From contig CAXXWQ010000002.1 in assembly GCA_963674945.2 (NCBI GenBank), forward strand, positions 416,001-480,000: a stretch of DNA of 64,000 nt, written 5' to 3'. The stretch comes from an uncultured Desulfosarcina sp. GTDB taxonomy: Bacteria; Desulfobacterota; Desulfobacteria; Desulfobacterales; Desulfosarcinaceae. The position numbers were made by a program, and so were the translations under genes. The notes under the pieces are model-generated. The model was not told where the DNA came from. It saw nothing but the letters and a program-made list of their open reading frames with translations, and made no database searches. Shown piece by piece: positions 9,690 to 19,461 of the stretch; positions within the stretch are counted from its first letter, which is position 1, and each line of letters begins with the position of its first letter.

Positions 9690-9810
9690 CTTGACCACCC
9701 TCATTTCCGGTATTTTCGAACCAGAAAGCGGTCGAGCGTTGCTCTTCCTTTACGGCATCATCTTCGAAAACGCTGTCGTAAGCATCCTTTAAACAGGTCG
9801 CTTTTTCATC
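9690..9810 (-). pseudogene. 3' remnant of RHH antitoxin paralogous to 16925-17179
   Basis: Co-linear nucleotide similarity to 16934-17053 (ttgaccaccc...cgctttttcatc). Confidence 0.8.
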
Positions 9811-9849
9811 TGCTGTCCTTTGTCCAACTGCAAGCCATATTTTTGGAGG

Positions 9850-9897
9850 TTGACATTTGTCGATAGAGTAGCTACTTTTGTCACTTAAGGTAGCTAC
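9850..9897 (+). promoter_or_regulatory. TA promoter/operator
   Basis: TTGACA at 9850 and two GTAGCTAC palindromes (9868, 9890). Confidence 0.6.
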
Positions 9898-9910
9898 AAA
9901 AGGGGGCGAA

Positions 9911-10189
9911 ATGATTCAAGCGGGCGTAAAGGAAGTGAAGAATAATTTAAGCCGCTTTTTAAGCCGGGTAAAAACGGGAGACGAAGTTTTGATCACAGAA
10001 AGGGGCAAACCAATAGCACGCATTATCAAAGAAAACTCAAAGCGAATGGATATACGTGAAGAGCTCAGGCCTTTAATTGATAGCGGTTCGGTTGTACTGC
10101 CAAGCAATAGACTGAAAAAGGAAAAGTTACGTAGTTACACGGTCCCTGGAAAGGCCGCTTCTGAAATGGTCATTGAGGATCGCAGATGA
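9911..10189 (+). CDS. Phd/YefM antitoxin
   Basis: GVKEVKNNLSRFL..VKTGDEVLITERGKPIARI. Confidence 0.9.
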   Translation: MIQAGVKEVKNNLSRFLSRVKTGDEVLITERGKPIARIIKENSKRMDIREELRPLIDSGSVVLPSNRLKKEKLRSYTVPGKAASEMVIEDRR

Positions 10190-10614
10190 TCCTGTATTTG
10201 GATACAAGTGCGCTCGTGAAAAGATACTTCCGTGAACCTCATACGGAAGAAATCATCTCACTGTGGCAAAAAGCGGATGAAGTCATTACATCATCGGTTG
10301 CGTATGCGGAAGCGATGGCGACTTTTTATAGAAAAAAGAGAGAAACCGGGATCCATGTTGATGAAATTCAAGCGATCATTAATGATTTTTCGGAGGATTG
10401 GAACTGTTTCATCCGAATTAGAGCAGATGACGAATTAAATCGATATATAAACCAGGTTACTGCCCGGTATCCACTTCGTGGATTTGATGCCATTCATCTT
10501 TCTTCAGCACTGATCGTTTTTCCGAAATTTGAAAAGGAACTGCTTTTTTGTTGCTTCGACAAACAATTGGTCGATGCTGCCGAAAAGGAAGGGCTTTGGA
10601 TTTTCCAAGGGTGA
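10186..10614 (+). CDS. vapC: VapC PIN-domain toxin
   Basis: YLDTSALVKRY, LRGFDAIHLSSA, FDKQL; ATGA overlap with antitoxin. Confidence 0.9.
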   Translation: MILYLDTSALVKRYFREPHTEEIISLWQKADEVITSSVAYAEAMATFYRKKRETGIHVDEIQAIINDFSEDWNCFIRIRADDELNRYINQVTARYPLRGFDAIHLSSALIVFPKFEKELLFCCFDKQLVDAAEKEGLWIFQG

Positions 10615-10664
10615 TTGGTGAGAAACAACAGGCTGTAGGAAGTAAGGACAGAGTGATGAGCAAA

Positions 10665-10949
10665 CTAAGACAAGGAATGGATGCTTTGCAACACATCTGT
10701 TGCTCTAATATTTCCTTTAACACCCTTTTCAGATAGCATGTCGATGGCTTCGGATATGGAAACGCCTAATTCGGTCGACACCTCTCTAATGGAGAGTTTT
10801 CCGTTTTGATATAGGTCTGCGATGTATGTTTCAAAACCGATCCTGGCAAGTTTTCGGAATGACTGGGTGCTGTCAATTTTTTCGATTCTAGACAGGAAGT
10901 TAACAGCATGCTCTATGTCTTGGGGAATCCGGATGGATTTCACTTTCAT
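10665..10949 (-). CDS. UPF0175-family putative antitoxin (copy 1)
   Basis: LYQNGKLSIREVSTELGVS; 3 aa differences from 20927-21211. Confidence 0.75.
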   Translation of the reverse strand: MKVKSIRIPQDIEHAVNFLSRIEKIDSTQSFRKLARIGFETYIADLYQNGKLSIREVSTELGVSISEAIDMLSEKGVKGNIRATDVLQSIHSLS

Positions 10950-11058
10950 GGTACCCTCCCAATCATGGTATAAACCATCGCATATTCGTCATCGCTGATA
11001 AACGGCGCCAACTGCTCGAACATCCAGATCGCCTTTTCCTGTTTGAAATGTTTCAGTG
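10946..11058 (-). pseudogene. PIN toxin remnant (5' ~360 bp deleted)
   Basis: Matches 21208-21318, then jumps directly to the upstream sequence seen at ~21680. Confidence 0.85.
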
Positions 11059-11186
11059 TTTTGTAATTATTGTATTACGCGTCGTCAACGAAAAACAAGG
11101 CAAAGGGCTCGCACAAATAGGTCGGTCTGCATTCTTGATAGGCCCCCATTATAAACTACTGCCTCACGAAAATGTCAGAGAAATGA

Positions 11187-11505
11187 TTAGCCACGGACAC
11201 ACACGGACGGGAAAACAGGTGGTAGACTATCGGCTACAGGGGGAGAGGTGAAAGCGTTGAGCCTGGCGCGTGGAACAAACAGTTATGGGTGATGAGTGAG
11301 GAACGCAGGTGGATAGGCTATAGACTGTAGGCTGTAGGAAAAGGGTTTAGATCGGATATGGGAAGGGAAATAGGATTTGGGTCATGGGCAAATAGCTTAG
11401 AGAAGGGAGCGGGGAGCAAACAGTATGGGTGATAGGAAAATTAGCTGATATCTCATAGGGGATAGCTGATAGGGTAAAAAGAAATAAGCAAGAAGCGGAG
11501 AGCGG
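11187..11505 (+). repeat. Mosaic heptamer spacer
   Basis: ttagccacggacacacacggac; ggctatagactgtaggctgtagg; gtgatgagtgagg; tagctgatatctcataggggatagctgatagg; gagcggggagc. Confidence 0.85.
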
Positions 11506-11520
11506 GTTGTCAATAAATGA

Positions 11521-11560
11521 TTGACAAAAGGCTATTGTATATCCATATATGTATATACAA
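11521..11560 (+). promoter_or_regulatory. vapBC promoter/operator
   Basis: TTGACA 11521; inverted repeat TTGTATAT...ATATACAA. Confidence 0.6.
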
Positions 11561-11582
11561 TAGCTTTTATTTGGAGAGCGAA

Positions 11583-11813
11583 ATGGATACGGCAAAAATC
11601 TTTAAAAGTGGAAACTCTCAAGCGGTTCGGTTGCCCAAAGCATATCAATTCGATGTGACAGAGGTGCAAATATTTCGAAGGGGTGATGAAATTGTTTTGA
11701 AACGTAAACCCCAGAACCTATCCAAAGCATTCGAGCTTTTAACCAGCATGTCGGATGATTTCATGGACGATGGACGTTGTCAGCAACCGTTACAGAATAG
11801 GGAGCCACTATGA
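11583..11813 (+). CDS. vapB: VapB antitoxin (AbrB/SpoVT fold)
   Basis: MDTAKIFKSGNSQAVRLPK. Confidence 0.93.
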   Translation: MDTAKIFKSGNSQAVRLPKAYQFDVTEVQIFRRGDEIVLKRKPQNLSKAFELLTSMSDDFMDDGRCQQPLQNREPL

Positions 11814-12217
11814 CGGTGATGCTGGACACTGATATTTGCATCTATACGATAAAGAAAAAACCTCGAAATGTCCTCAAACATTTTGAGAGATGCCAGCCAG
11901 GATCGGTTGTTATGTCGGTTATCACTTTTGCCGAATTGATCAATGGAGCGAAAAAGAGCCAATACGTGGAAGATAATGTTCGTCGTTTGAATGCCCTGAG
12001 TGAACTTATCGAGGTGCTTCCTTTCGAAAAAAGCGCAGCTATTGCATATGGTGATGTTCGCTCAGACCTTGAGAAAAGAGGCTTGATTATCGGTAGCAAT
12101 GATATGTTTATCGCTGCCCATGCATTGAGCTTGGACCTGACATTGGTTACCAACAACCAAAAGGAGTTTGGCCGGGTCAAAGGATTAAAAATCGAGAATT
12201 GGGTTAATGGTGAGTGA
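11810..12217 (+). CDS. vapC: VapC PIN-domain toxin
   Basis: MLDTDICIY, IIGSNDMFIAAHA, LVTNNQKEFGRV. Confidence 0.93.
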   Translation: MTVMLDTDICIYTIKKKPRNVLKHFERCQPGSVVMSVITFAELINGAKKSQYVEDNVRRLNALSELIEVLPFEKSAAIAYGDVRSDLEKRGLIIGSNDMFIAAHALSLDLTLVTNNQKEFGRVKGLKIENWVNGE

Positions 12218-12400
12218 TGAGGGGGGGAACGCAGGTGGATAGGCTATAGACTGTAGGGTTATATGCAAAGAGCATACGGCGTGGGGCTTGGAGCTTGGAG
12301 GAGAGAAACAGAAGTCAGGAATTTGGGAAAAGCAGAAATTAGGAAGAGCCAAGGCCCTTTTTTGCACCGCAGAGTCGCAGAGTCGCAGAGATCCCAGAGG
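12210..12400 (+). repeat. Mosaic spacer; 12266-12353 duplicated at 13470-13559
   Basis: gcaaagagcatacggcgtggggcttggagcttggaggagagaaacagaagtcagg...agagccaag identical in both places. Confidence 0.85.
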
Positions 12401-12421
12401 GTTATCATTTTTTGAGATAAA

Positions 12422-12742
12422 TCATGCTGCGAAAAGAATTTCACCATCACGAGCGAAATCAGTTACAAATGAATCTCCTTGCTCCCATTCCTCTTGGGTC
12501 ATTGCTATTGCTTCAATCGGTTCAAATATTTCATAAATTGCTTCTGACATAATATCAATTCGTTCCCAGTAATCTTTGCCAATGAAATTTTCAGATATGA
12601 CGATAAGGTCAATATCACTTCCTTCTTGATGGATACCGGAAACATATGATCCATAGAGTATGATTTTTGACGGGCTGATACCTTTTGCCTTAATTGCTTG
12701 ATGAAATTCATCGACTATTTTTATAACTGCTTTTTTATCCAT
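12422..12742 (-). CDS. Minimal nucleotidyltransferase (MNT)
   Basis: LYGS...SDIDL (GSX10DXD) motif. Confidence 0.9.
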   Translation of the reverse strand: MDKKAVIKIVDEFHQAIKAKGISPSKIILYGSYVSGIHQEGSDIDLIVISENFIGKDYWERIDIMSEAIYEIFEPIEAIAMTQEEWEQGDSFVTDFARDGEILFAA

Positions 12743-13101
12743 GCAACGACCTCCCTTCCCTGGGTCAGGATATCATCGACCACTGCTTTGCTATAAACTT
12801 TCTGAAGTTTAACGAGATTTTCCGGATATCGGGTAGGAATGCTGGCTTCGTTTAATTTTACGATAAACTTGCCATGGTCGGGTGACGGTTTGATACCCAT
12901 TTGGTTTAATAGATATATCAGATTGTGGGATTTAGGTGGTATTGAATGATGTTTTTCGTAATAAAGACCTTTCAACGCCTTCTCAATGGCAAGATGGCAC
13001 ATGAAAACAGCATAGATGTACCGTCCGCCATCATACATGTAGACTGCTGTGTCCATATCATAGTCAGATTGGTTCATCCATTCTATTGTCCGTTTTTCCA
13101 T
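12721..13101 (-). CDS. HEPN domain protein
   Basis: FMCHLAIEKALK, PKSHNL, TRYP; paired with MNT. Confidence 0.9.
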   Translation of the reverse strand: MEKRTIEWMNQSDYDMDTAVYMYDGGRYIYAVFMCHLAIEKALKGLYYEKHHSIPPKSHNLIYLLNQMGIKPSPDHGKFIVKLNEASIPTRYPENLVKLQKVYSKAVVDDILTQGREVVAWIKKQL

Positions 13102-13149
13102 AATAAATGATTAACAGACAAATTATTGTAAATTCAAGCAGTAATTTAT

Positions 13150-13710
13150 TGGTGAGGTAAGCAGGTGGATAGGCAATAGAAAAATAGTGGTCAGTGATGC
13201 GTAATGGATGATGCGCGAATTAGCTGATAGCTCATAGGAGATAGCTGATAGTGGTTATAGGCTTTAGGCTAAGCAAGATGACTTTCATCCATTTAGCCAC
13301 GGACACACACATATTACAGGCTATAGATTTTAGGCTGTAGGAAAATAGCGGTTAATGATCAGTCATGGGTGATGGGAAAAGGGCAAATAGCTTGGAGCGA
13401 AGAGCGGAGAACAGAAGTTAGGAAGAGCGGAGGACCGGAAGGGAAAGAGGTGATAGACTGTAGGCCGTAGGCAAAGAGCATACGGCGTGGGGCTTGGAGC
13501 TTGGAGGAGAGAAACAGAAGTCAGGAATTTGGGAAAAGCAGAAATTAGGAAGAGCCAAGACCCTTTGGTTTTGCACCGCCCTGCCTGTCCCGCCTATCGG
13601 GGCTTCGCTCGAGTCGCTGAGATCGCAGAGGGTTGTTTGTCCCCTTCGGGGAGAGTGGGGATGGGCGATAGGCCATAGACTTTAGGCTGTAGGCTGTAGA
13701 CTATAGGCGA
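13150..13710 (+). repeat. Longest mosaic spacer (nearly all repeat modules)
   Basis: gtgatgcgtaatgg, tagctgatagctcatagg, ttagccacggacacacac, ggctatag/ggctgtag runs, gagcggaga, cgcagag. Confidence 0.85.
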
Positions 13711-13729
13711 AACAGAAAACTTTATGTGC

Positions 13730-14080
13730 TTAAGCGAAACTACTTTCTTCAATACCAAAGATCGATGCAAATTTTTTTCGTGTTGCTTTTCGGTAAACAG
13801 CGTTTTGGCGTTCCCATTTGGCAATGGTTGATTGCTTTACGTTCATCCTGCGGGCGAGTTCCGCCTGCGTCCAACCCCTTTCAATACGTTCCCTTTTTAC
13901 AGGGTTCATGAAAATGTAATCTTCGGCCTCCTTGCGGTCATATAGCGATTCCGTCGCCACCGAACGGATTGCATCACAATCAGTGTCGTCTTCAATTTTT
14001 TCCAACAAACGGTTGAATTCGTCTACCGGTAATACGATGAATTTAATTTTCCCTTTTTCTTTAATGGTTTGATATTCCAT
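13730..14080 (-). CDS. XRE/HTH antitoxin (HigA-like)
   Basis: RIERGWTQAELARRMNVKQSTIAKWE; downstream of relE-like gene. Confidence 0.85.
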   Translation of the reverse strand: MEYQTIKEKGKIKFIVLPVDEFNRLLEKIEDDTDCDAIRSVATESLYDRKEAEDYIFMNPVKRERIERGWTQAELARRMNVKQSTIAKWERQNAVYRKATRKKFASIFGIEESSFA

Positions 14081-14083
14081 GAT

Positions 14084-14344
14084 TTATCCTTTGTAAATGT
14101 CTCCACGTGATCGTACCTTAACGATTTCAATTGTTAAAACATCATCATTGCGCGTGTATATGATGCGATATTTCCCCACCCTGAGTCTCCAACCGATCCT
14201 GCCTTTTGGCACAGCAGTATCGAGGTCCGGACTATCAGGGTTTTCAGCCAGGGCATGAATTTTCTCGACAATAGCGGTTTTCGATTTTAATGGGAGGCGC
14301 GCAATATAGTTTCTTGCGCTTCGCCTATATTTTAGTTCATACAT
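14084..14344 (-). CDS. RelE/ParE-family toxin
   Basis: WRLRVGKYRIIY...VRSRGDIYK. Confidence 0.9.
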   Translation of the reverse strand: MYELKYRRSARNYIARLPLKSKTAIVEKIHALAENPDSPDLDTAVPKGRIGWRLRVGKYRIIYTRNDDVLTIEIVKVRSRGDIYKG

Positions 14345-14409
14345 ATAGAGCTATATAGCTTAAAGGGGTATATTTGTCAAAGCGTATTTTTCTTTGAAAC
14401 GGCTTTCGG

Positions 14410-14605
14410 AGAAAGCAGGTGTTTAGGCTGTGGGCGATGGGTAATAGGCAATAGGTGATAGTCTATGGGCTATAGGGGATAGCTGATAGGCTGTAGGCTA
14501 TAGGGGGAGATAACAAAAGGGCCTCTCGCAGAGTCGCAGAGCTAAAAGAGGTTGTAGGATAAAGACAACCAATTTTAAATTATGAATCGGTAATTTTGAA
14601 TTAGA
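14410..14605 (+). repeat. Mosaic spacer
   Basis: GGC(T/A)ATAG/GGCTGTAG heptamers, gatagctgatagg, ctctcgcagagtcgcagag, ttttaaattatgaat/ttttgaatt. Confidence 0.8.
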
Positions 14606-14777
14606 TAAGCCTCCGGCAATGGGGCTTAAATAATTTCGCAAAAGGAATTTGTAAAATGAAAGGGTTCTCGATATGGTATTGCTTTTATTTTTATGTATTG
14701 TATAAATGTTATAGGCATTGAAAAAGATATTTAATAATACATATATTTAAATGTAATGATCGTAGTTGGGGGGCAAC

Positions 14778-15023
14778 ATGGTTTCAACGGTAACTATCAA
14801 AGGCCAGGTAACAATTCCTAAAGAAATCAGATTGTTTCTTAATATTAAACCTAGTGACAAGGTTGATTTTTCTGTTGAAAACGGACTAGTCGTCCTGAGA
14901 CCAATCAAAACATTGAAAAATTTCAGAGGGAGTGTCCCAGCCAAAGGGACAGGAGACTTTGATTTGGAAAGATCAAAAGCCAAGCATGAAGTTGCTAATC
15001 GTATCGTTGAGGCTATGGAATGA
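14778..15023 (+). CDS. AbrB/MazE/SpoVT antitoxin
   Basis: TVTIKGQVTIPKEIR. Confidence 0.9.
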   Translation: MVSTVTIKGQVTIPKEIRLFLNIKPSDKVDFSVENGLVVLRPIKTLKNFRGSVPAKGTGDFDLERSKAKHEVANRIVEAME

Positions 15024-15430
15024 AGACCTGCTTTATCGACACCAATCTTTTCATTCGATATTTGACCAATGATGATCTCGAAAAGGCAGATCGTGTTGAC
15101 AGATTGCTTGATAAAGCAGCTAATTCAGATATTAAGCTTATCACTGCTGAAATCGTTATAGCTGAGGTCGTCTGGGTATTGGAATCGTATTATAAGCTTG
15201 AAAAGAAACAAATTGCTGAAATGCTGAGGGCTATTCTGTCTACCCCTGGCCTTGATGTGCAAAATGGGAAAATTGTTGAGAACGCACTACAGTATTACGC
15301 GCCCAATAATATTGATTTCGTGGATGCTTGCATTGTTGCGCTGATGCAAAAGCAAGAAATAACAGGAATCTATTCGTTTGACAAGAAACACCTTGATCGC
15401 ATTACGAATGTTAATCGACTCGAGCCATAG
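15020..15430 (+). CDS. vapC: VapC/PIN toxin
   Basis: FIDTNLFIRYL, AEVVWVL, IDFVDA, YSFDK. Confidence 0.88.
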   Translation: MKTCFIDTNLFIRYLTNDDLEKADRVDRLLDKAANSDIKLITAEIVIAEVVWVLESYYKLEKKQIAEMLRAILSTPGLDVQNGKIVENALQYYAPNNIDFVDACIVALMQKQEITGIYSFDKKHLDRITNVNRLEP

Positions 15431-15635
15431 TTTATACAATTAAGAAAGGGGGCAGCAAAGAGCGTGGAGTGGAGAACAGAAGTTAGGAAGAGCGGAGGAT
15501 GAACAAAATAATTTGAATTATAAATTTTGAAATAAAATTGTTAATATTCACCGCCCGCTGCGCTTGAGTCGCAGAGAACGCAGAGCAGACTATGGGCTAT
15601 GTGCTATTGTTTCTGTCGATGGCAACCAGGTTATC

Positions 15636-16013
15636 TTACGTTTTTGGAATGTAGGTTGCACAGGATTGATCTTTCAGGTCAATATCCGAGGTGATCACGT
15701 TGCAGTTGTTTTGTCGGGCTGTCGCAATAATAATGGCGTCCGCCATTGCTAACCGTTCCTGGAGCGCGACATCCGCTGCGGCCAAGGCAAGAGTATCATC
15801 GAGCGGAATAATTGTTGAATTCTTCATATATCCGGTGGCAAGCAGGGCCTTGTCTTCACCCACTTCCCGTTTTAAAATTTTATACACTTCGTAAAGAATA
15901 ATCGAAGGCATCAATATCTTGCTTTGATCGACAAGATATTTTTCATACTTGGCTGCCAGTTTGCTGTCGGTAAACCACTCCAGCCAACCGCAAGAATCGA
16001 CAATAAACATCAA
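15636..16013 (-). CDS. vapC: VapC/PIN toxin
   Basis: VDSCGWLEWF, YEVYK, LAMADAIIIATA, TSD. Confidence 0.88.
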   Translation of the reverse strand: MMFIVDSCGWLEWFTDSKLAAKYEKYLVDQSKILMPSIILYEVYKILKREVGEDKALLATGYMKNSTIIPLDDTLALAAADVALQERLAMADAIIIATARQNNCNVITSDIDLKDQSCATYIPKT

Positions 16014-16216
16014 AAACGATCCCTTTTTTCACGGTAATCATCCACATTGGCCCCGGCTGCTATGCCTCTCAACGATTCAATCGAGGTCTGGGGGATTAGG
16101 ATGAGCATGTGATCTTTTTCGATTACGGTGAGTTTTTGTTTGGGTTTCAGGTTCATATGTTCCCTGACGGGTTTGGGGATGACCACCTGAAATTTGCTTG
16201 AAATCGTTGTCTGCAT
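16010..16216 (-). CDS. AbrB/MazE/SpoVT antitoxin
   Basis: TTISSKFQVVIPKPVRE; RBS GGAG. Confidence 0.88.
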   Translation of the reverse strand: MQTTISSKFQVVIPKPVREHMNLKPKQKLTVIEKDHMLILIPQTSIESLRGIAAGANVDDYREKRDRF

Positions 16217-16339
16217 TAAATTCTCCATATTTATGATCGATAACGATAGTGTAAGAAATATCATCCTTCATGTCAAGCATTCAACGCTGATGCCGATGTG
16301 ATTGGATGGTGCGCTTCGTTGAAACGGCATTCGGAAATA

Positions 16340-16585
16340 ATTTAGCCACAGACCCATTTGGACGAATCAGGTGATAGGCTATAGGCTGTAGGCAAAGAGC
16401 ATAGAGCTTGGAGCGTAGAGTTTTTTGCCACGGACACACACGAACAGGGTTTAATCTTAGATCAAATGTAAAGAGTAATGCGTAATGAGTGATGGGCAAC
16501 TTAGGCGATAGGCTATGGGCTATGGGCTATGGGGGATAGGAAAATTAGCTTATAGCTCATAGGGGATAGCTGATAGGGTAAAAAA
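16340..16585 (+). repeat. Mosaic spacer
   Basis: ttagccacagaccc, ggctataggctgtagg, gagcatagagcttggagc, tttgccacggacacacac, gtaatgcgtaatgagtgatggg, tagcttatagctcatagg. Confidence 0.85.
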
Positions 16586-16586
16586 T

Positions 16587-16931
16587 TTATAGGTCCAAGA
16601 CCAGCTTTATTCCTTCAGTGACCGCTGCCATTTTTTCTTTTGTAAGGGTCCCAATTTTTTCCCTGATGCTGTTTTTATCGACCGATTTAATCTGTGACAC
16701 ATTGATCACGCAGCGTTTTGGTATATTGGCCTCGCCTTTTTGTAAGGTGACGTTTCCGGGAAGGTCGCCGAATCTCATTGTTGACGTAATCGCCAGCATT
16801 ATTACTGTATTAATATTACTGTCGTTTATCGCGTCGGCCTGAATCACCAAACCCGGACGCCGACCCATCGGTTCAGAACCTTTTGCTGGCGAAAAGTCGA
16901 CCCAGTATATGGATCCTTTTCGAATCACCAC
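16587..16931 (-). CDS. mazF: MazF/PemK toxin
   Basis: GSIYWVDFSPAKGSEPMGRRPGLVIQ, ITST, SQIKSVDK. Confidence 0.9.
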   Translation of the reverse strand: MVIRKGSIYWVDFSPAKGSEPMGRRPGLVIQADAINDSNINTVIMLAITSTMRFGDLPGNVTLQKGEANIPKRCVINVSQIKSVDKNSIREKIGTLTKEKMAAVTEGIKLVLDL

Positions 16932-17179
16932 TCTTGACCACCCTTATTTCCGGCATTCTCGAACCAAAAGGAGGTTGAGCGTTGCTCATTTTTCACGGCA
17001 TCATCCTCGAAAACGCTGTCGTATGCATCTTTTAGAAAGATCGCTTTTTCATCGACAAGCCTCTGTTCAAGCATCGAGGCAATCAATTTGCTTCGGGATA
17101 CCCCTTTGGCCTGACTGATATTGTCAATCATGGTAAGAATATTTTTGGGTATGGTAATTGCCACTTTTTGGGTATGCAT
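16925..17179 (-). CDS. RHH/CopG antitoxin of MazF
   Basis: KVAITIP...GVSRSKLI; overlaps mazF start. Confidence 0.82.
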   Translation of the reverse strand: MHTQKVAITIPKNILTMIDNISQAKGVSRSKLIASMLEQRLVDEKAIFLKDAYDSVFEDDAVKNEQRSTSFWFENAGNKGGQEW

Positions 17180-17490
17180 TTTATTGTCCCTTTTTTAGAG
17201 TGCTGATTTAGTATAATTACCTTTGATCTGGCGGTCAACCGTAGATATTGGAGCGTGGAGTTTGGAGCAGGGAGCTGGGAGCAAACAGTGATGTGTGATG
17301 TGTAAAGTGTGATGAGATGAAAAAATGTATTAATTGGCAATGATCCCTTGCCCATCACTGATCACTCATTACGTAAGGGTCAAATAAACCCCATCTTCAC
17401 ATAGCCCAGATATTATGACATCATAGGCTTGGCAATGAAAATGTGTATGGGAGACGATTGTGAACCGGCCGGTAGAAAGTAAGAGAAGAA

Positions 17491-19050
17491 TCAATAGCGA
17501 AGGATCGCCAGCGTCTGTTTGTCGATATTTTTTGGCAAAAGCGCCAGATGGTCCTCCCGCGTCCTGGCCAGCGGAAGTTTGGCGAACAGGTATCGAAGAT
17601 AGGCATAGGGTTCCAGCCCATTGGCTTTGGCCGTTTCGATCAAACCGAAGAAGGTGGCGCTGGCTTCCGCACCCCGGGGCGCGCCGGAAAACAGCCAGTT
17701 CTTGCGACCCAACACGAATGGCCGGATGACATTTTCAGCCACATTGTTGTCGGGCTTCAGAAATCCGGCATTGATATAGACAACCAGTTTGTCCCATTGG
17801 TTTAGGCAATATTGGATCGCTTTGCCGAGAAGGCTTTTCGGAGGAGCTTGCCAATGGTAGGTGTCCAGCCAGGTTTTAAATTGTTTCAGAATCGGCTTGG
17901 CCTTTTCCTGTCGCAGGTCACGGATCTGTTCATACGACAAATCCTTGTCTCGCGCATACCGTTCTATGCCATACAATGCGCCAATGTAATCCAGCGCCTC
18001 GTCGGCAAGCCCCTTGGCTGCTTTTTGTTTGCCGCGCGCCTTGCGCCCTTTGTTCACCTCGACAAATTTACGTCGGGCATGGGTCAGGCAACCTAAATGG
18101 ATGATCCCTTGCTTTTGGGACAGCTGATCATAGCCGCTGTAGCCGTCGCTTTGAACATAGCCCGAATAGTCTTCTATCATATCTTGCACTACCTTCCCAC
18201 TACGGGTGGGATGATACTGGTAAAGCACCACAGGGGCATCCAACGGGCCGCCACAAAACACCCACATATACGATTTTGTTGTATTGCTGCGGCCCGGTTC
18301 CTGAAGCACCTGAAACGGACTTTCATCGATATTGATCACAGGACCGCTTCGAATCTCCTGATGCATCAATTCGACGATCGGCTGGCAGCAACCGGCGGCC
18401 TGAATCATCCAATTGGCCATGGTTGACCGTGAGATGTCAACGCCCAGACGGTCAAATATCTTTTGTTGGCGATGCAGGGGAAGCGCATCGGCGAATTTTG
18501 AGACAGCGATGTGGGCCAGCAGTCCCTCAGTGGCGTTGCTCTTGGGAATCAGTTGTTCTGGCGGCGGAGCGATCCTAACGGTGGGGCCGTCATCCTCGAC
18601 GCCTTCGCAGGCCTTGCAGGCGTATTTGGGGCGGATGTGACGGATCACCTGGATTTTTGCCGGGATATAATCGAGCTTCTCACAGGTCTCTTCGCCGATA
18701 CGGCTCAGTTCAACTCCGCAAGCACACCGTTTCTCGGCCTCAGGGATATCGTGCAGGACCTCGACGCGGGGCAGATCCTCAGGCAACGGTTTGCGGCCAC
18801 GCTTTTTGCGGGTGTGCTCCGGGACGGTGATGTCGTCATCGGCAAGGACGGGCTCTGCGGTTTCGTCGGGTTTGAACAACTGGAGTTGGTTGGGATTGAC
18901 GGCCGGCAAAACTTCACTTTTGCGACCGAACAGCTCGTTCTTCAGCAGACGTACCATTTCTTGCAGATGGTCGATTTGCTGCTGCTGAGAAGAGATAATC
19001 TCCTTAAGCGATTGGGCGTCATCGGGCAGGTTGTTCGATTCCGAAAGCAT
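17491..19050 (-). CDS. tnpC: IS66 transposase TnpC
   Basis: LFGRKSE, zinc finger, IDES, SDGY, CLTHARRKF, DNNVAEN, GRKNWLF. Confidence 0.95.
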   Translation of the reverse strand: MLSESNNLPDDAQSLKEIISSQQQQIDHLQEMVRLLKNELFGRKSEVLPAVNPNQLQLFKPDETAEPVLADDDITVPEHTRKKRGRKPLPEDLPRVEVLHDIPEAEKRCACGVELSRIGEETCEKLDYIPAKIQVIRHIRPKYACKACEGVEDDGPTVRIAPPPEQLIPKSNATEGLLAHIAVSKFADALPLHRQQKIFDRLGVDISRSTMANWMIQAAGCCQPIVELMHQEIRSGPVINIDESPFQVLQEPGRSNTTKSYMWVFCGGPLDAPVVLYQYHPTRSGKVVQDMIEDYSGYVQSDGYSGYDQLSQKQGIIHLGCLTHARRKFVEVNKGRKARGKQKAAKGLADEALDYIGALYGIERYARDKDLSYEQIRDLRQEKAKPILKQFKTWLDTYHWQAPPKSLLGKAIQYCLNQWDKLVVYINAGFLKPDNNVAENVIRPFVLGRKNWLFSGAPRGAEASATFFGLIETAKANGLEPYAYLRYLFAKLPLARTREDHLALLPKNIDKQTLAILRY

Positions 19051-19113
19051 GCCTGATACATAGCATAACCAATTGAATTTGTACACACTTATTTTACTTC
19101 CAGGTGGATGTTC

Positions 19114-19461
19114 TCAGCTTGCATAACGGTAGTTTAAACGCACATGAGCATTCGTATAATCCAGTCCGGCGAGAAGCCATTCCAGTTCTTTCGCACTAAG
19201 GGAAACGACTTCTTTTGTGGTTGTTGGCCAGTGGAAACGGTGCTTCTCCAGCCGTTTGAGCCAGAGAGCAAATCCATTTTTATCCCAGTATAAAATTTTT
19301 ATCATGTTCCGACGCCGATTGCAGAAGACGAACAGGTCCCCTTCGAAGGGATTCAAATCCATGGCCTGTTCCACCAAAACCGAAAGCCCGTTGATCGATT
19401 TGCGCATATCGGTATTACCCACGGCCAGAAAGACCCTTTTGGGATTGGTGGGCAACATCAT
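19114..19461 (-). CDS. tnpB: IS66 accessory protein TnpB
   Basis: TDMRKSINGL, FVFCNRRR, KILYWD, KRLE. Confidence 0.95.
   Translation of the reverse strand: MMLPTNPKRVFLAVGNTDMRKSINGLSVLVEQAMDLNPFEGDLFVFCNRRRNMIKILYWDKNGFALWLKRLEKHRFHWPTTTKEVVSLSAKELEWLLAGLDYTNAHVRLNYRYAS

Noticed and set aside
12288..13685. Duplicated short ORFs MELGGEKQKSGIWEKQKLGRAK (12288, 13494) and other spacer-derived ORFs
   Set aside because: They arise from duplicated non-coding spacer sequence; weak starts and divergent continuations.
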